Positions 1 through 7,871 of a stretch of DNA of 22,138 nt are shown in pieces. Under the pieces are notes generated by a model. It saw only the letters and a program-made list of their open reading frames with translations. It ran no database searches and had not been told where the DNA came from. A program made the position numbers and the translations under genes. Location of the stretch: IMG/VR virus record IMGVR_UViG_3300045988_101675; one strand, 5' to 3'. This DNA is from a virus. Lineage: Duplodnaviria > Heunggongvirae > Uroviricota > Caudoviricetes. Position 1 is the first letter of the stretch. Each line of letters starts with the position of its first letter.

Positions 1-95
1 CTGACTTGGTAGCCCCCGCCGTAGCGGTATTTTCTGTTGTATTACAATTAGTTAAATTACTCATATCGCTTCAATTGGCTCTAGTTAACTCTGGT

Positions 96-1091
96 TTATG
101 GACGCATTATGGACATTCCTGACACCGGGTTAAGAGTCACTGCATCTTGTAAGAAATCCGGTGCAAAGTGTGCGTAGGTCATAGTTTGCTGAATGTTAGA
201 ATGACCCAGGATGCGCTGCAATGTGATTATGTTACCTCCATTCATTATAAAATGTGTGGCAAATGTATGCCTCAAAACATGCACTGCCTGTCCGTCAGGT
301 AAATCGGGTTTTACTTCCCTGAGAGCGTTGCGCACTTTGTAGTAACTGGCATTAAAAAGCCTGCCTGAATTTTTGGTCTTGATCCGTTTAATCAGGTCCT
401 GCGAAACGGGAATTGTCCTGCGCTTTCCGTTTTTAGTTTTCATAAACGTAACCATCTGGTTAATGATGTGTTCAGCTTTTAAATTAGACACTTCACTCCA
501 GCGTCCACCAGTAGAAAGGCAGACCAGAGTCGCATTTAATTCATCACCATCGAGCATGGATAACAGCCGTGTAATCTCTTCACTGGACAAAAAAGCCATT
601 TCTGTAACAGCTTCACGTAATCGCTTAACCTCACGGAACGGGTTGTGAGAATGGTATTCACCGGCGTCAATTAACTTGGTGAACATCCCGCTCATTATTG
701 CCAGATGCCGATTTACGCTGGCTGGTTTTAGACCATCGTTCATCATTACAACGCGATAATCAGTTATCGTTTTCTTTGTTAGCTGGTCAGCTCTGGACAC
801 TCCCATTTCTGCAAATTTGGCGATTATTGTCGTCAAACGCCCCCGTTCAATATCTCCACGCTCATGTGATTTTCCGTGATATATCCACCATCTGCCTAAC
901 AACTCTGTAAGAGTTCGGCGGTCGGCTGGCTTCTCCAGCCACTCTTTGTTGTGGTAGTTAACCAGTACATGACGTTCGAATGCTTGAGCTTCACCTTTAG
1001 TTTTAAATTTCCGCCTGATACGTTTTCCATCTGCACCCTGCGGTCTGACGTCCACTTCATAACGACCATCATCGAGCTTTTTAATAGACAT
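96..1091 (-). CDS. int: Phage tyrosine integrase (site-specific recombinase), P2 Int-like
   Basis: 331-aa ORF. C-terminal catalytic region carries the tyrosine-recombinase signature (HVLRHTFATH ... LGHSNIQQTMTYAHF). Sits at the prophage edge, next to and co-oriented with the repressor gene, as in P2. Confidence 0.92.
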   Translation of the reverse strand: MSIKKLDDGRYEVDVRPQGADGKRIRRKFKTKGEAQAFERHVLVNYHNKEWLEKPADRRTLTELLGRWWIYHGKSHERGDIERGRLTTIIAKFAEMGVSRADQLTKKTITDYRVVMMNDGLKPASVNRHLAIMSGMFTKLIDAGEYHSHNPFREVKRLREAVTEMAFLSSEEITRLLSMLDGDELNATLVCLSTGGRWSEVSNLKAEHIINQMVTFMKTKNGKRRTIPVSQDLIKRIKTKNSGRLFNASYYKVRNALREVKPDLPDGQAVHVLRHTFATHFIMNGGNIITLQRILGHSNIQQTMTYAHFAPDFLQDAVTLNPVSGMSIMRP

Positions 1092-1184
1092 AAAGCCCTC
1101 CGATGACGCTGTTTACTTCTACTACTTGAAAATTAATGCAATTTTCTTTCGTACATTTACTGCATACATATGCTGAATAAATCG

Positions 1185-1496
1185 TCAGCCAGTCTTTTGG
1201 TCTGAGTGGTGCAAGGTTGTTGAGTCTTGCCCAATGTGCGCGAGCGCCGGGGCTATTTGTCCGCCAGCGGGATCAGTTTCATCAAACATGAACCAGTCAC
1301 GGTACTTGCGAAATCTTTCAGGCTTGAAAAATTTCATGCCTGCGTCAAAAGACATCTTTACTTTTCCCTGCTCATATCCAGCATAGGTGTTGTAGTTAAT
1401 TCCAGTTAATTCAGCAACTTGCTTCCTTGTCATTCTTTCTGACTCCCGAATAAGTGCGAGTTTCTCTGCTTGAGATGTGATTTGTGTATTTGACAT
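1185..1496 (-). CDS. C: Immunity repressor, P2 C-type
   Basis: Trimmed from the 119-aa track ORF to the internal ATG at 1494-1496 (MSNTQITSQ...), giving 103 aa. The C-terminus GQIAPALAHIGQ...HSDQKTG matches my memory of the P2 C repressor; the N-terminal half is divergent. Divergent from cox, upstream of int. Confidence 0.8.
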   Translation of the reverse strand: MSNTQITSQAEKLALIRESERMTRKQVAELTGINYNTYAGYEQGKVKMSFDAGMKFFKPERFRKYRDWFMFDETDPAGGQIAPALAHIGQDSTTLHHSDQKTG

Positions 1497-1518
1497 GAAT
1501 TGTCGTATCTCGTAATTT
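1490..1518 (+). promoter_or_regulatory. Candidate early promoter Pe: TTGACA (1490-1495), 17-bp spacer, TAATTT (1513-1518), with flanking direct repeats GTCGTAT (1502-1508) and GTTGTAT (1521-1527) as possible C operators
   Basis: Near-consensus sigma70 -35 and -10 hexamers read directly from the sequence. They face cox and overlap the C start codon. P2-type repressors bind direct repeats flanking the Pe -10 element. Confidence 0.5.
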
Positions 1519-1600
1519 ATGTTGTATGCGACACACCAGAACAACGCAGAGCGGCTTCAAATAGCTCTGGTTGAATGGCACCAAAGTTGAGGATATCAAA

Positions 1601-1957
1601 ATGAGTATTGGATCAGAAATGAATAACGATGTTGGAGAAAAAGTATCTGATCTCACAAAAAGTAAAAAATGTGACATCAAACTTGCAGCCGCACCGTCGG
1701 ATTTGCTCTCGAAAGAGGGATTTGCTCTTTACATCGGTAAGACGCCTCGTGCTGTTGCTGAAATGGCGAAAGCAGGCAAGTTACCAGCCTTTTATATGAC
1801 GGACCCATTAAAGCCGGGCGGTCATGCTGAGTTATGGATTAATCGCCGTGAGTGGGACAAGTACGCAGCCCAACTAGTTGATGAAGCTCCGACAGAATGG
1901 CATGACTGGAAAAATCGCATTAGTTACAGCAAATCAAGACATGGCCGTGCGGCTTAA
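1601..1957 (+). CDS. cox: Cox-like excisionase / early transcriptional regulator
   Basis: Track ORF 1571..1957 begins at TTG; trimmed to ATG 1601, which has GAGGA 8 nt upstream. The segment GKTPRAVAEMAKAGKLPAFYMTDP resembles the P2 Cox DNA-binding region as I recall it. First gene of the rightward early operon. Longer than P2 Cox (118 vs 91 aa). Confidence 0.75.
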   Translation: MSIGSEMNNDVGEKVSDLTKSKKCDIKLAAAPSDLLSKEGFALYIGKTPRAVAEMAKAGKLPAFYMTDPLKPGGHAELWINRREWDKYAAQLVDEAPTEWHDWKNRISYSKSRHGRAA

Positions 1958-1967
1958 GGTGGAAAGG

Positions 1968-2138
1968 ATGAACGAGCCTCGTTGTATTGCTCAGTTATTG
2001 CGTAACGAAAGCCCCAGGGCGATTGACTTCACCATTACCCACGGTAAGGGGCGTAAGGGAATCATTATCCGCACCAAAAAACAGAGTCCGTTAAAAAAGG
2101 CTCTGACCTTTCTGAAAAGCCGGAGGGTATGGAAATGA
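1968..2138 (+). CDS. Small basic hypothetical protein (57 aa), in the position of P2 orf78
   Basis: Trimmed from track ORF 1878..2138, which would overlap cox. ATG 1968 follows the cox stop and has AAGGTGG upstream. Its stop overlaps the B start (ATGA at 2135-2138), suggesting translational coupling. Confidence 0.45.
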   Translation: MNEPRCIAQLLRNESPRAIDFTITHGKGRKGIIIRTKKQSPLKKALTFLKSRRVWK

Positions 2139-2635
2139 CAGTGATGACGCTCAATCTCGTTGAAAAACAACCAGCAACTATGCGCCGGATAATTGGTAAG
2201 CATCTTGCCGTCCCTCGCTGGCAGGAGACATGTGATTATTATAATCAGATGATGGAGCGCGAACGGCTAACGGTTTGCTTCCATGCACAGTTAAAACAGC
2301 GTCATGCAACGATGCGTTTTGAAGAAATGAACGACGTCGAACGTGAACGGCTGGTTTGTGCAATTGATGAATTGCGTGGGGCATTCTCAAAACGCCGTCA
2401 GGTCGGTGCAAGTGAGTATGCATATATTAGCTTTTTAACTGTCAGTCAGCGCCGTACTTTATTTATGCACGCACGACTGACAGAAAAAGAATTTAATCAG
2501 CCATACTGGCGAATTAATGAAGAGTCATGTTACTGGCGTGATGCTTTATTCCGTGCATTACGTGAATTATTCAGTCTGTTTGAATATGCACCGACAATTC
2601 TGACGTCGGTAAAACCAGAGCAATATCTGCATTAA
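2135..2635 (+). CDS. B: P2 gpB-like replication protein
   Basis: ATG 2135 with GGAGG 8 nt upstream gives 166 aa, the length I recall for P2 B. Position between cox and A matches P2. Protein identity is from synteny and size, not a recognised motif. Confidence 0.7.
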   Translation: MTVMTLNLVEKQPATMRRIIGKHLAVPRWQETCDYYNQMMERERLTVCFHAQLKQRHATMRFEEMNDVERERLVCAIDELRGAFSKRRQVGASEYAYISFLTVSQRRTLFMHARLTEKEFNQPYWRINEESCYWRDALFRALRELFSLFEYAPTILTSVKPEQYLH

Positions 2636-2656
2636 GTAATTAACCAAAGTTTTTAA

Positions 2657-2685
2657 CGCACTTAATCGTGCGGGGCTTCTTTTTG
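2657..2685 (+). terminator. Weak stem-loop followed by a T-tract; possible attenuator after B
   Basis: CGCAC (2657-2661), loop TTAATC, GTGCG (2668-2672), then GGGCTTCTTTTT. Only a 5-bp stem. Confidence 0.25.
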
Positions 2686-2698
2686 CCTGGAGAAAGTC

Positions 2699-2911
2699 AT
2701 GCATACAGTTTCTGAAAATCAGTGCGGTAAATACGCATTAATGCTGCAACAGGCCAGAACCGAAGCACAGGCCGATGCAGCAACGCGCTTTTCGTCTCAT
2801 CTTGATGCCATGATTCGCCACATCACAAAGGCGGAGTTATCCCGCGTGGAGATAGTCGAGTTGCTCAGTCAGGAGTCTGCCAAATTCCATAATCTAGGAC
2901 TCAATAAATAA
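2699..2911 (+). CDS. Hypothetical early protein (70 aa)
   Basis: ORF with GGAGA 5 nt upstream of the ATG. Co-oriented in the early operon. Confidence 0.6.
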   Translation: MHTVSENQCGKYALMLQQARTEAQADAATRFSSHLDAMIRHITKAELSRVEIVELLSQESAKFHNLGLNK

Positions 2912-2925
2912 CAGGGGAGTTGGAG

Positions 2926-3171
2926 ATGACAAATACAAAATGGTTCAGGAAACGCTTAACAGATTATCAACTTTCATTACTTAAAAAATTAGATGACAAG
3001 ACTCCACTACATCCTTCAAGCGATGTCTTCCGCTCCTGTCCTAGTCGTGTGGAAAAAGCATTTATAGCAATGGGGAAATGGGGGCTTGTGACCAAATCAA
3101 GAGAAGGTTTCTGTATTACCGATAATGGCCGGGAAATGATTGATTCTGCGGAGAGGGCATATAGCGAATGA
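2926..3171 (+). CDS. Hypothetical early protein (81 aa)
   Basis: Track ORF begins at GTG 2920; ATG 2926 has GGGGAG 6 nt upstream. Stop overlaps the next start. Confidence 0.6.
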   Translation: MTNTKWFRKRLTDYQLSLLKKLDDKTPLHPSSDVFRSCPSRVEKAFIAMGKWGLVTKSREGFCITDNGREMIDSAERAYSE

Positions 3172-3458
3172 AAAATATATTGCTTAATAACTGGCTGAAG
3201 ATTTCAGTCATGAAAAATGGTGATTTGTCGCTAGCTGATATTAAACGCGATAAAAACACTGGGGATATGGTGGAATCAACTATAGCCATTTATGCGGATA
3301 AATTAAATCTCCTGTCTGATGTGGTCAATTTACTTGTTAAACGCGCTGTATTTCATAAGCAAATTTCATCCGTGGATGAACTGACAAAATTAACGACAGA
3401 AATCGCCAGCTATTGCGCTGATGAATTTAAGAAGCTGAACGACAAAAGGAGCTGGTAA
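3168..3458 (+). CDS. Hypothetical early protein (96 aa)
   Basis: ATGA overlap with the upstream stop and TAATG overlap with the downstream start. Confidence 0.6.
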   Translation: MKNILLNNWLKISVMKNGDLSLADIKRDKNTGDMVESTIAIYADKLNLLSDVVNLLVKRAVFHKQISSVDELTKLTTEIASYCADEFKKLNDKRSW

Positions 3459-3682
3459 TGCCGGACAACGTAGATTTTATTCAGGAACAACAGGCTGAAT
3501 TACTGGAGCGCCAGATTAACGCGGCAAGGGTAAAACATTGCGGTGTTTCTGCGCTGGTTTGCGAAGAGTGTGACGCGCTAATACCTGCTGCCCGTCGTGC
3601 GGCTTATCCGTCAGCCACGCGTTGTGTTTCCTGTCAGTCAGTCTTTGAAGCAAAAAACAAACATTACCGGAGAATGGCATGA
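3458..3682 (+). CDS. TraR/DksA-family C4 zinc-finger protein (P2 orf83-like)
   Basis: 74 aa with two CxxC pairs (CEECDALIP ... CVSCQ), typical of phage TraR-like proteins. Located just upstream of A as in P2. Confidence 0.8.
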   Translation: MPDNVDFIQEQQAELLERQINAARVKHCGVSALVCEECDALIPAARRAAYPSATRCVSCQSVFEAKNKHYRRMA

Positions 3683-3954
3683 GCATTCGTATTGAAATTG
3701 GCGAACGTTATGTGGTTACCAGTGACAGCTTCCAGTTTATTCTCCACGAGAAAAAGAGAGCGGAAAGCGGTAAAAACGCCGGTCAGGAGTGGCTGGCGGT
3801 GGTTGGTTATTACCCGAAATTAAGCCAGCTCGTTTCCGGCCTGATGCATCACGATATTCTGACCGGAAGCGCAAAATCTTTTGCCGATTTAAACGCGCAG
3901 GTTGAGCAACTCAGCAAGCGTTGCTCAGAGGCTTTTGGCTCACATGGCCGTTAA
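3679..3954 (+). CDS. Hypothetical early protein (91 aa)
   Basis: ORF in the early operon. Its 3' end overlaps the A start by 11 nt. Confidence 0.6.
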   Translation: MSIRIEIGERYVVTSDSFQFILHEKKRAESGKNAGQEWLAVVGYYPKLSQLVSGLMHHDILTGSAKSFADLNAQVEQLSKRCSEAFGSHGR

Positions 3955-6229
3955 AGCCTCCGGGCGTTTTGTCCCTCCGTCAGCATTTGCCGCAGGCACC
4001 GGTAAGGCGTTTACCGGTGCTTATGCATGGAACGCGCCACGCGAGGCCGTCGGGCGCGAAAGACCCCTTACACGTGACGAGATGCGTCAGGTGCAAGGTG
4101 TTTTATCCACGATTAACCGCCTGCCTTACTTTTTGCGCTCGCTGTTTACTTCACGCTATGACTACATCCGGCGCAATAAAAGCCCGGTGCACGGGTTTTA
4201 TTTCCTCACATCCACTTTTCAGCGTCGTTTATGGCCGCGCATTGAGCGTGTGAATCAGCGCCATGAAATGAACACCGACGCGTCGTTACTGTTTCTGGCA
4301 GAGCGTGACCACTATGCGCGCCTGCCGGGAATGAATGACAAGGAGCTGAAAAAGTTTGCCGCCTGTATCTCATCGCAGCTTTTCATGATGTATGAGGAAC
4401 TCAGCGATGCCTGGGTGGATGCACATGGCGAAAAAGAATCGCTGTTTACGGATGAGGCGCAGGATCACCTCTATGGTCATGTTGCTGGCGCTGCACGTGC
4501 TTTCAATATTTCCCCGCTTTACTGGAAAAAATACCGTAAAGGACAGATGACCACGAGGCAGGCATATTCTGCCATTGCCCGCCTGTTTAACGATGAGTGG
4601 TGGACCCATCAGCTTAAAGGCCAGCGTATGCGCTGGCATGAGGCGTTACTGATTGCTGTCGGGGAGGTCAATAAAGACCGTTCTCCTTATGCCAGTAAAC
4701 ATGCCATTCGTGATGTGCGTGCGCGCCGCCAGGCAAATCTGGAATTTCTTAAATCGTGTGACCTTGAAAACAGAGAAACCGGCGAGCGTATCGACCTTAT
4801 CAGTAAGGTGATGGGCAGTATTTCTAATCCTGAAATTCGCCGGATGGAGCTGATGAACACCATTGCCGGTATTGAGCGTTACGCCGCCGCAGAGGGTGAT
4901 GTGGGGATGTTTATCACGCTGACCGCGCCGTCAAAGTATCACCCGACACGTCAGGTCGGAAAAGGCGAAAGTAAAACCGTCCAGCTAAATCACGGCTGGA
5001 ACGATGAGGCATTTAATCCAAAGGATGCGCAGCGTTATCTCTGCCGTATCTGGAGCCTGATGCGTACGGCATTCAAGGATAATGATTTACAGGTCTACGG
5101 TTTGCGTGTCGTCGAGCCACACCACGACGGAACACCGCACTGGCATATGATGCTTTTTTGTAATCCACGCCAGCGTAACCAGATTATCGAAATCATGCGT
5201 CGCTATGCGCTCAAAGAGGATGGCGACGAAAGAGGAGCCGCGCGAAACCGTTTTCAGGCAAAACACCTTAACCGGGGCGGTGCTGCGGGATATATCGCTA
5301 AATACATCTCAAAAAATATCGACGGCTATGCACTGGATGGTCAGCTCGATAACGATACCGGCAGGCCGCTTAAAGATACTGCCGCGGCTGTTACCGCATG
5401 GGCGTCAACGTGGCGCATCCCGCAATTTAAAACGGTTGGTCTGCCGACAATGGGGGCTTACCGTGAACTACGCAAATTGCCTCGTGGCGTCAGCATTGCT
5501 GATGAGTTTGACGAACGCGTCGAGGCTGCACGCGCCGCCGCAGACAGTGGTGATTTTGCGTTGTATATCAGCGCGCAGGGTGGGGCAAATGTTCCGCGCG
5601 ATTGTCAGACTGTCAGGGTTGCCCGTAGCCCGTCGGATGACGTTAACGAGTACGAGGAAGAAGTCGAGAGAGTGGTCGGCATTTACGCGCCGCATCTCGG
5701 CGCGCGTCATATTCATATCACCAGAACGACGGACTGGCGCATTGTGCCGAAAGTGCCGGTCGTTGAGCCTTTGACTTTAAAAAGCGGCATCGCCGCGCCT
5801 CGGAGTCCTGTCAATAACTGTGGAAAACTCACCGGTGGTGATACTTCGTTACCGGCTCCCACACCTTCTGAGCACGCCGCAGCAGTGCTTAATCTGGTTG
5901 ATGACGGTGTTATTGAATGGAATGAACCGGAGGTCGTGAGGGCGCTCAGGGGCGCATTAAAACACGACCTGCGAACGCCAAACCGTCAGCAAAGAAACGG
6001 AAGCCCGTTAAAACCACATGAAATTGCACCATCGGCCAGACTGACCCGGTCGGAAAGAATGCAAATTACCCGTATCCGCGTTGACCTTGCTCAGAACGGT
6101 ATCAGGCCGCAGCGATGGGAGCTTGAGGCGCTGGCGCGTGGCGCGACCGTAAATTATGACGGGAAAAAATTCACGTATCCGGTCGCTGATGAGTGGCCGG
6201 GATTCTCAACAGTAATGGAGTGGAAATGA
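3944..6229 (+). CDS. A: Rolling-circle replication initiation endonuclease gpA (HUH superfamily)
   Basis: Track ORF begins at TTG 3902; trimmed to ATG 3944 (MAVKASGRFVPP...), giving 761 aa, the P2 A length as I recall it. Contains the HUH-like PHWHMMLF motif and the two-tyrosine active-site segment GYIAKYISKNIDGY. Confidence 0.93.
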   Translation: MAVKASGRFVPPSAFAAGTGKAFTGAYAWNAPREAVGRERPLTRDEMRQVQGVLSTINRLPYFLRSLFTSRYDYIRRNKSPVHGFYFLTSTFQRRLWPRIERVNQRHEMNTDASLLFLAERDHYARLPGMNDKELKKFAACISSQLFMMYEELSDAWVDAHGEKESLFTDEAQDHLYGHVAGAARAFNISPLYWKKYRKGQMTTRQAYSAIARLFNDEWWTHQLKGQRMRWHEALLIAVGEVNKDRSPYASKHAIRDVRARRQANLEFLKSCDLENRETGERIDLISKVMGSISNPEIRRMELMNTIAGIERYAAAEGDVGMFITLTAPSKYHPTRQVGKGESKTVQLNHGWNDEAFNPKDAQRYLCRIWSLMRTAFKDNDLQVYGLRVVEPHHDGTPHWHMMLFCNPRQRNQIIEIMRRYALKEDGDERGAARNRFQAKHLNRGGAAGYIAKYISKNIDGYALDGQLDNDTGRPLKDTAAAVTAWASTWRIPQFKTVGLPTMGAYRELRKLPRGVSIADEFDERVEAARAAADSGDFALYISAQGGANVPRDCQTVRVARSPSDDVNEYEEEVERVVGIYAPHLGARHIHITRTTDWRIVPKVPVVEPLTLKSGIAAPRSPVNNCGKLTGGDTSLPAPTPSEHAAAVLNLVDDGVIEWNEPEVVRALRGALKHDLRTPNRQQRNGSPLKPHEIAPSARLTRSERMQITRIRVDLAQNGIRPQRWELEALARGATVNYDGKKFTYPVADEWPGFSTVMEWK

Positions 6230-6681
6230 TGGCAAAAATTCACGAGGTAAAGCTGCACGCAAAATATTTTGACCTTGTGCTGGAAGGAAAGAAACGCGCA
6301 GAGTTTCGGAAAAATGACCGTAATTATGAGCGCGGGGACACATTGATTTTGCATGAATGGGTGCAGGGTGTGTTTACGGGGCGAAAGGTTGAAGCCCGGA
6401 TAACAGATGTTACTGACCTGTCAGACTGGCTGGAAGATTATGTCTTGCTAAGTATTGAGCTGCTTAATACGGGCGCATATAAGATTGTGAACTGGAAAGA
6501 ACTTAGTGAGCGTGGCCTGGTATTCAGAATTAATCATGAAATTATGCATCAGCTCGGCCTTGCTGTTATGTATGAACCAGAGACGGGGATGTCTGGCGGG
6601 GCAATGGTTGCCACGGATGGAGTATGGAACTATTCAGATGAACAGATGGAGCGTGCACAGCAAAACGGGTGGCTCGGATAA
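6226..6681 (+). CDS. ASCH/DUF3850-like domain protein with a C-terminal extension
   Basis: 151 aa. The N-terminus (EVKLHAKYFDLVLEGKKRAEFRKNDRNYERGDTLILHEW) resembles ASCH/DUF3850 domains as I know them. GGAG lies 5 nt upstream. The start overlaps the A stop, suggesting translational coupling. Confidence 0.7.
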   Translation: MMAKIHEVKLHAKYFDLVLEGKKRAEFRKNDRNYERGDTLILHEWVQGVFTGRKVEARITDVTDLSDWLEDYVLLSIELLNTGAYKIVNWKELSERGLVFRINHEIMHQLGLAVMYEPETGMSGGAMVATDGVWNYSDEQMERAQQNGWLG

Positions 6682-6735
6682 TGCACAGAATACCAGGCGA
6701 GATACCGCACCATAAAAACTAAAAATATCAAGCTG

Positions 6736-6894
6736 ATGGCCATTGTTCACCGTCTACAGCAGATTATGGTCAACGAAAATCTGACGCCCGATGAACTAGT
6801 CGGGTGTGCCGAAATAGTCCGGGATAATTACGGGCGACTTAACTATATCGGTATCGGTCAGTCCAGAGTTGCGCCACCACCACGCAGACGATAG
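6736..6894 (+). CDS. Possible small ORF (52 aa)
   Basis: ATG-initiated ORF read by hand, below the 60-aa track cutoff, ending 5 nt before repeat copy 1. No clear Shine-Dalgarno sequence. Confidence 0.25.
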   Translation: MAIVHRLQQIMVNENLTPDELVGCAEIVRDNYGRLNYIGIGQSRVAPPPRRR

Positions 6895-6898
6895 AGAA

Positions 6899-6965
6899 CG
6901 CCGCCAGTCGTGAAACTTGTTTTCAGGGCTGGCGGCGTTGAACAACGAGCGAAGCGAGGCGTTAG
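6899..6965 (+). repeat. Copy 1 of a 67-nt repeat: 39-nt GC-clamped stem-loop (6899-6937) plus a 28-nt tail ending GCGTTAG
   Basis: CGCCGCCAGTCGTGAAA / CTTGT / TTTCAGGGCTGGCGGCG forms a stem of about 17 bp. About 82% identical to copy 2. Lies at the left boundary of the AT-rich insert. Confidence 0.65.
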
Positions 6966-7123
6966 TTGACAGTCATATTTTTACTGCGTTGGTGCTGGTT
7001 TTTGACGGTTGAAAGGAGTTAGCCAGGAGAGCAAAAGCCAACAACTTACAAATATTCAAAAGTAAGCTTCCTGTTGCTAACATAAGGTCGATTTTTTATG
7101 TGGATGATGCAAAAAGGATAGCT

Positions 7124-7855
7124 ATGGATATTGTAATCGCTTTTCTATCACTCGCTTTTTTCGTTGCTTTTTTCATCGGGTTAATCAAGCCATCACTGGT
7201 GCGGATGCCAAACCGTAAACGTGCAAGTGCGGTTTATCTCGGAGGTAGTTTTGCATTGAGCATAATTGGTTCAATACTCTACCCAACAGAAAAAAGCCAG
7301 CCAGTTGCTAAAACTGAAACAGCAACCGTAGCAGAACACCAGGCTCAAAAAACATTCGAATATACTGAAAAAACACTCAAGGAATATCGGAACGAGCCAA
7401 AGAAGACGCGACACGATATTGTGAATAGTTACATTAACTTTAAGAAAGTGCCAGTCACCGCATCAGATGCATTTTATGCCTGCATGAGTGAGTATACATT
7501 TACCAAAGATGATGAGTTGAAACTCGGTGATGTTCTTGGGTGGTGCTTTAATGATTATGAAAATGACCCGAATTCATTAAACAATAAAATCAATCTTGAT
7601 ACATTTCAGAGTAATTTTAGTGGTTGGGATGGTTCTTATCGGCCATTGGAAAAATTAATTAAAGATAATATGAACGATGATTCATCTTATAAACATGTGT
7701 CAACGGTATATCATTTGGTTTTGAATAAAGACCCGCACGCCATTGTGAAAACCACGTTTCGCGGCACTAATGCTTATGGTGGAGTGGTAAAGCAGACCGT
7801 AGCGGCGCGCGTCAACGTGCGAACGGGTGAGGTCGATTCGATACTCGACAATTAA
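7124..7855 (+). CDS. Accessory membrane protein of unknown function: two predicted N-terminal TM helices and a ~180-aa C-terminal domain
   Basis: Track ORF begins at GTG 7100; ATG 7124 has AAGGA 5 nt upstream. Hydrophobic segments IVIAFLSLAFFVAFFIGLI and AVYLGGSFALSIIGSILY. AT-rich, unlike the backbone. No recognisable motif. Confidence 0.7.
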   Translation: MDIVIAFLSLAFFVAFFIGLIKPSLVRMPNRKRASAVYLGGSFALSIIGSILYPTEKSQPVAKTETATVAEHQAQKTFEYTEKTLKEYRNEPKKTRHDIVNSYINFKKVPVTASDAFYACMSEYTFTKDDELKLGDVLGWCFNDYENDPNSLNNKINLDTFQSNFSGWDGSYRPLEKLIKDNMNDDSSYKHVSTVYHLVLNKDPHAIVKTTFRGTNAYGGVVKQTVAARVNVRTGEVDSILDN

Positions 7856-7871
7856 ACAATATAGTGACATA

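Noticed and set aside
373-910. Plus-strand ORFs of 91 and 70 aa inside the integrase gene
   Set aside because: They are antisense to a confidently identified integrase and show no start context.
1878-2138. 86-aa track ORF overlapping the 3' end of cox in another frame
   Set aside because: The 5' part overlaps cox. I kept only the portion from ATG 1968, which follows the cox stop and has a ribosome-binding site, as a low-confidence small gene.
3921-4253. 110-aa ORF in an alternative frame inside gene A, plus 5205..5774 on the plus strand and 5468..5716 on the minus strand
   Set aside because: All lie fully inside the well-supported A reading frame. They are Arg/Pro/Ser-rich, typical of spurious frames in GC-rich coding DNA.
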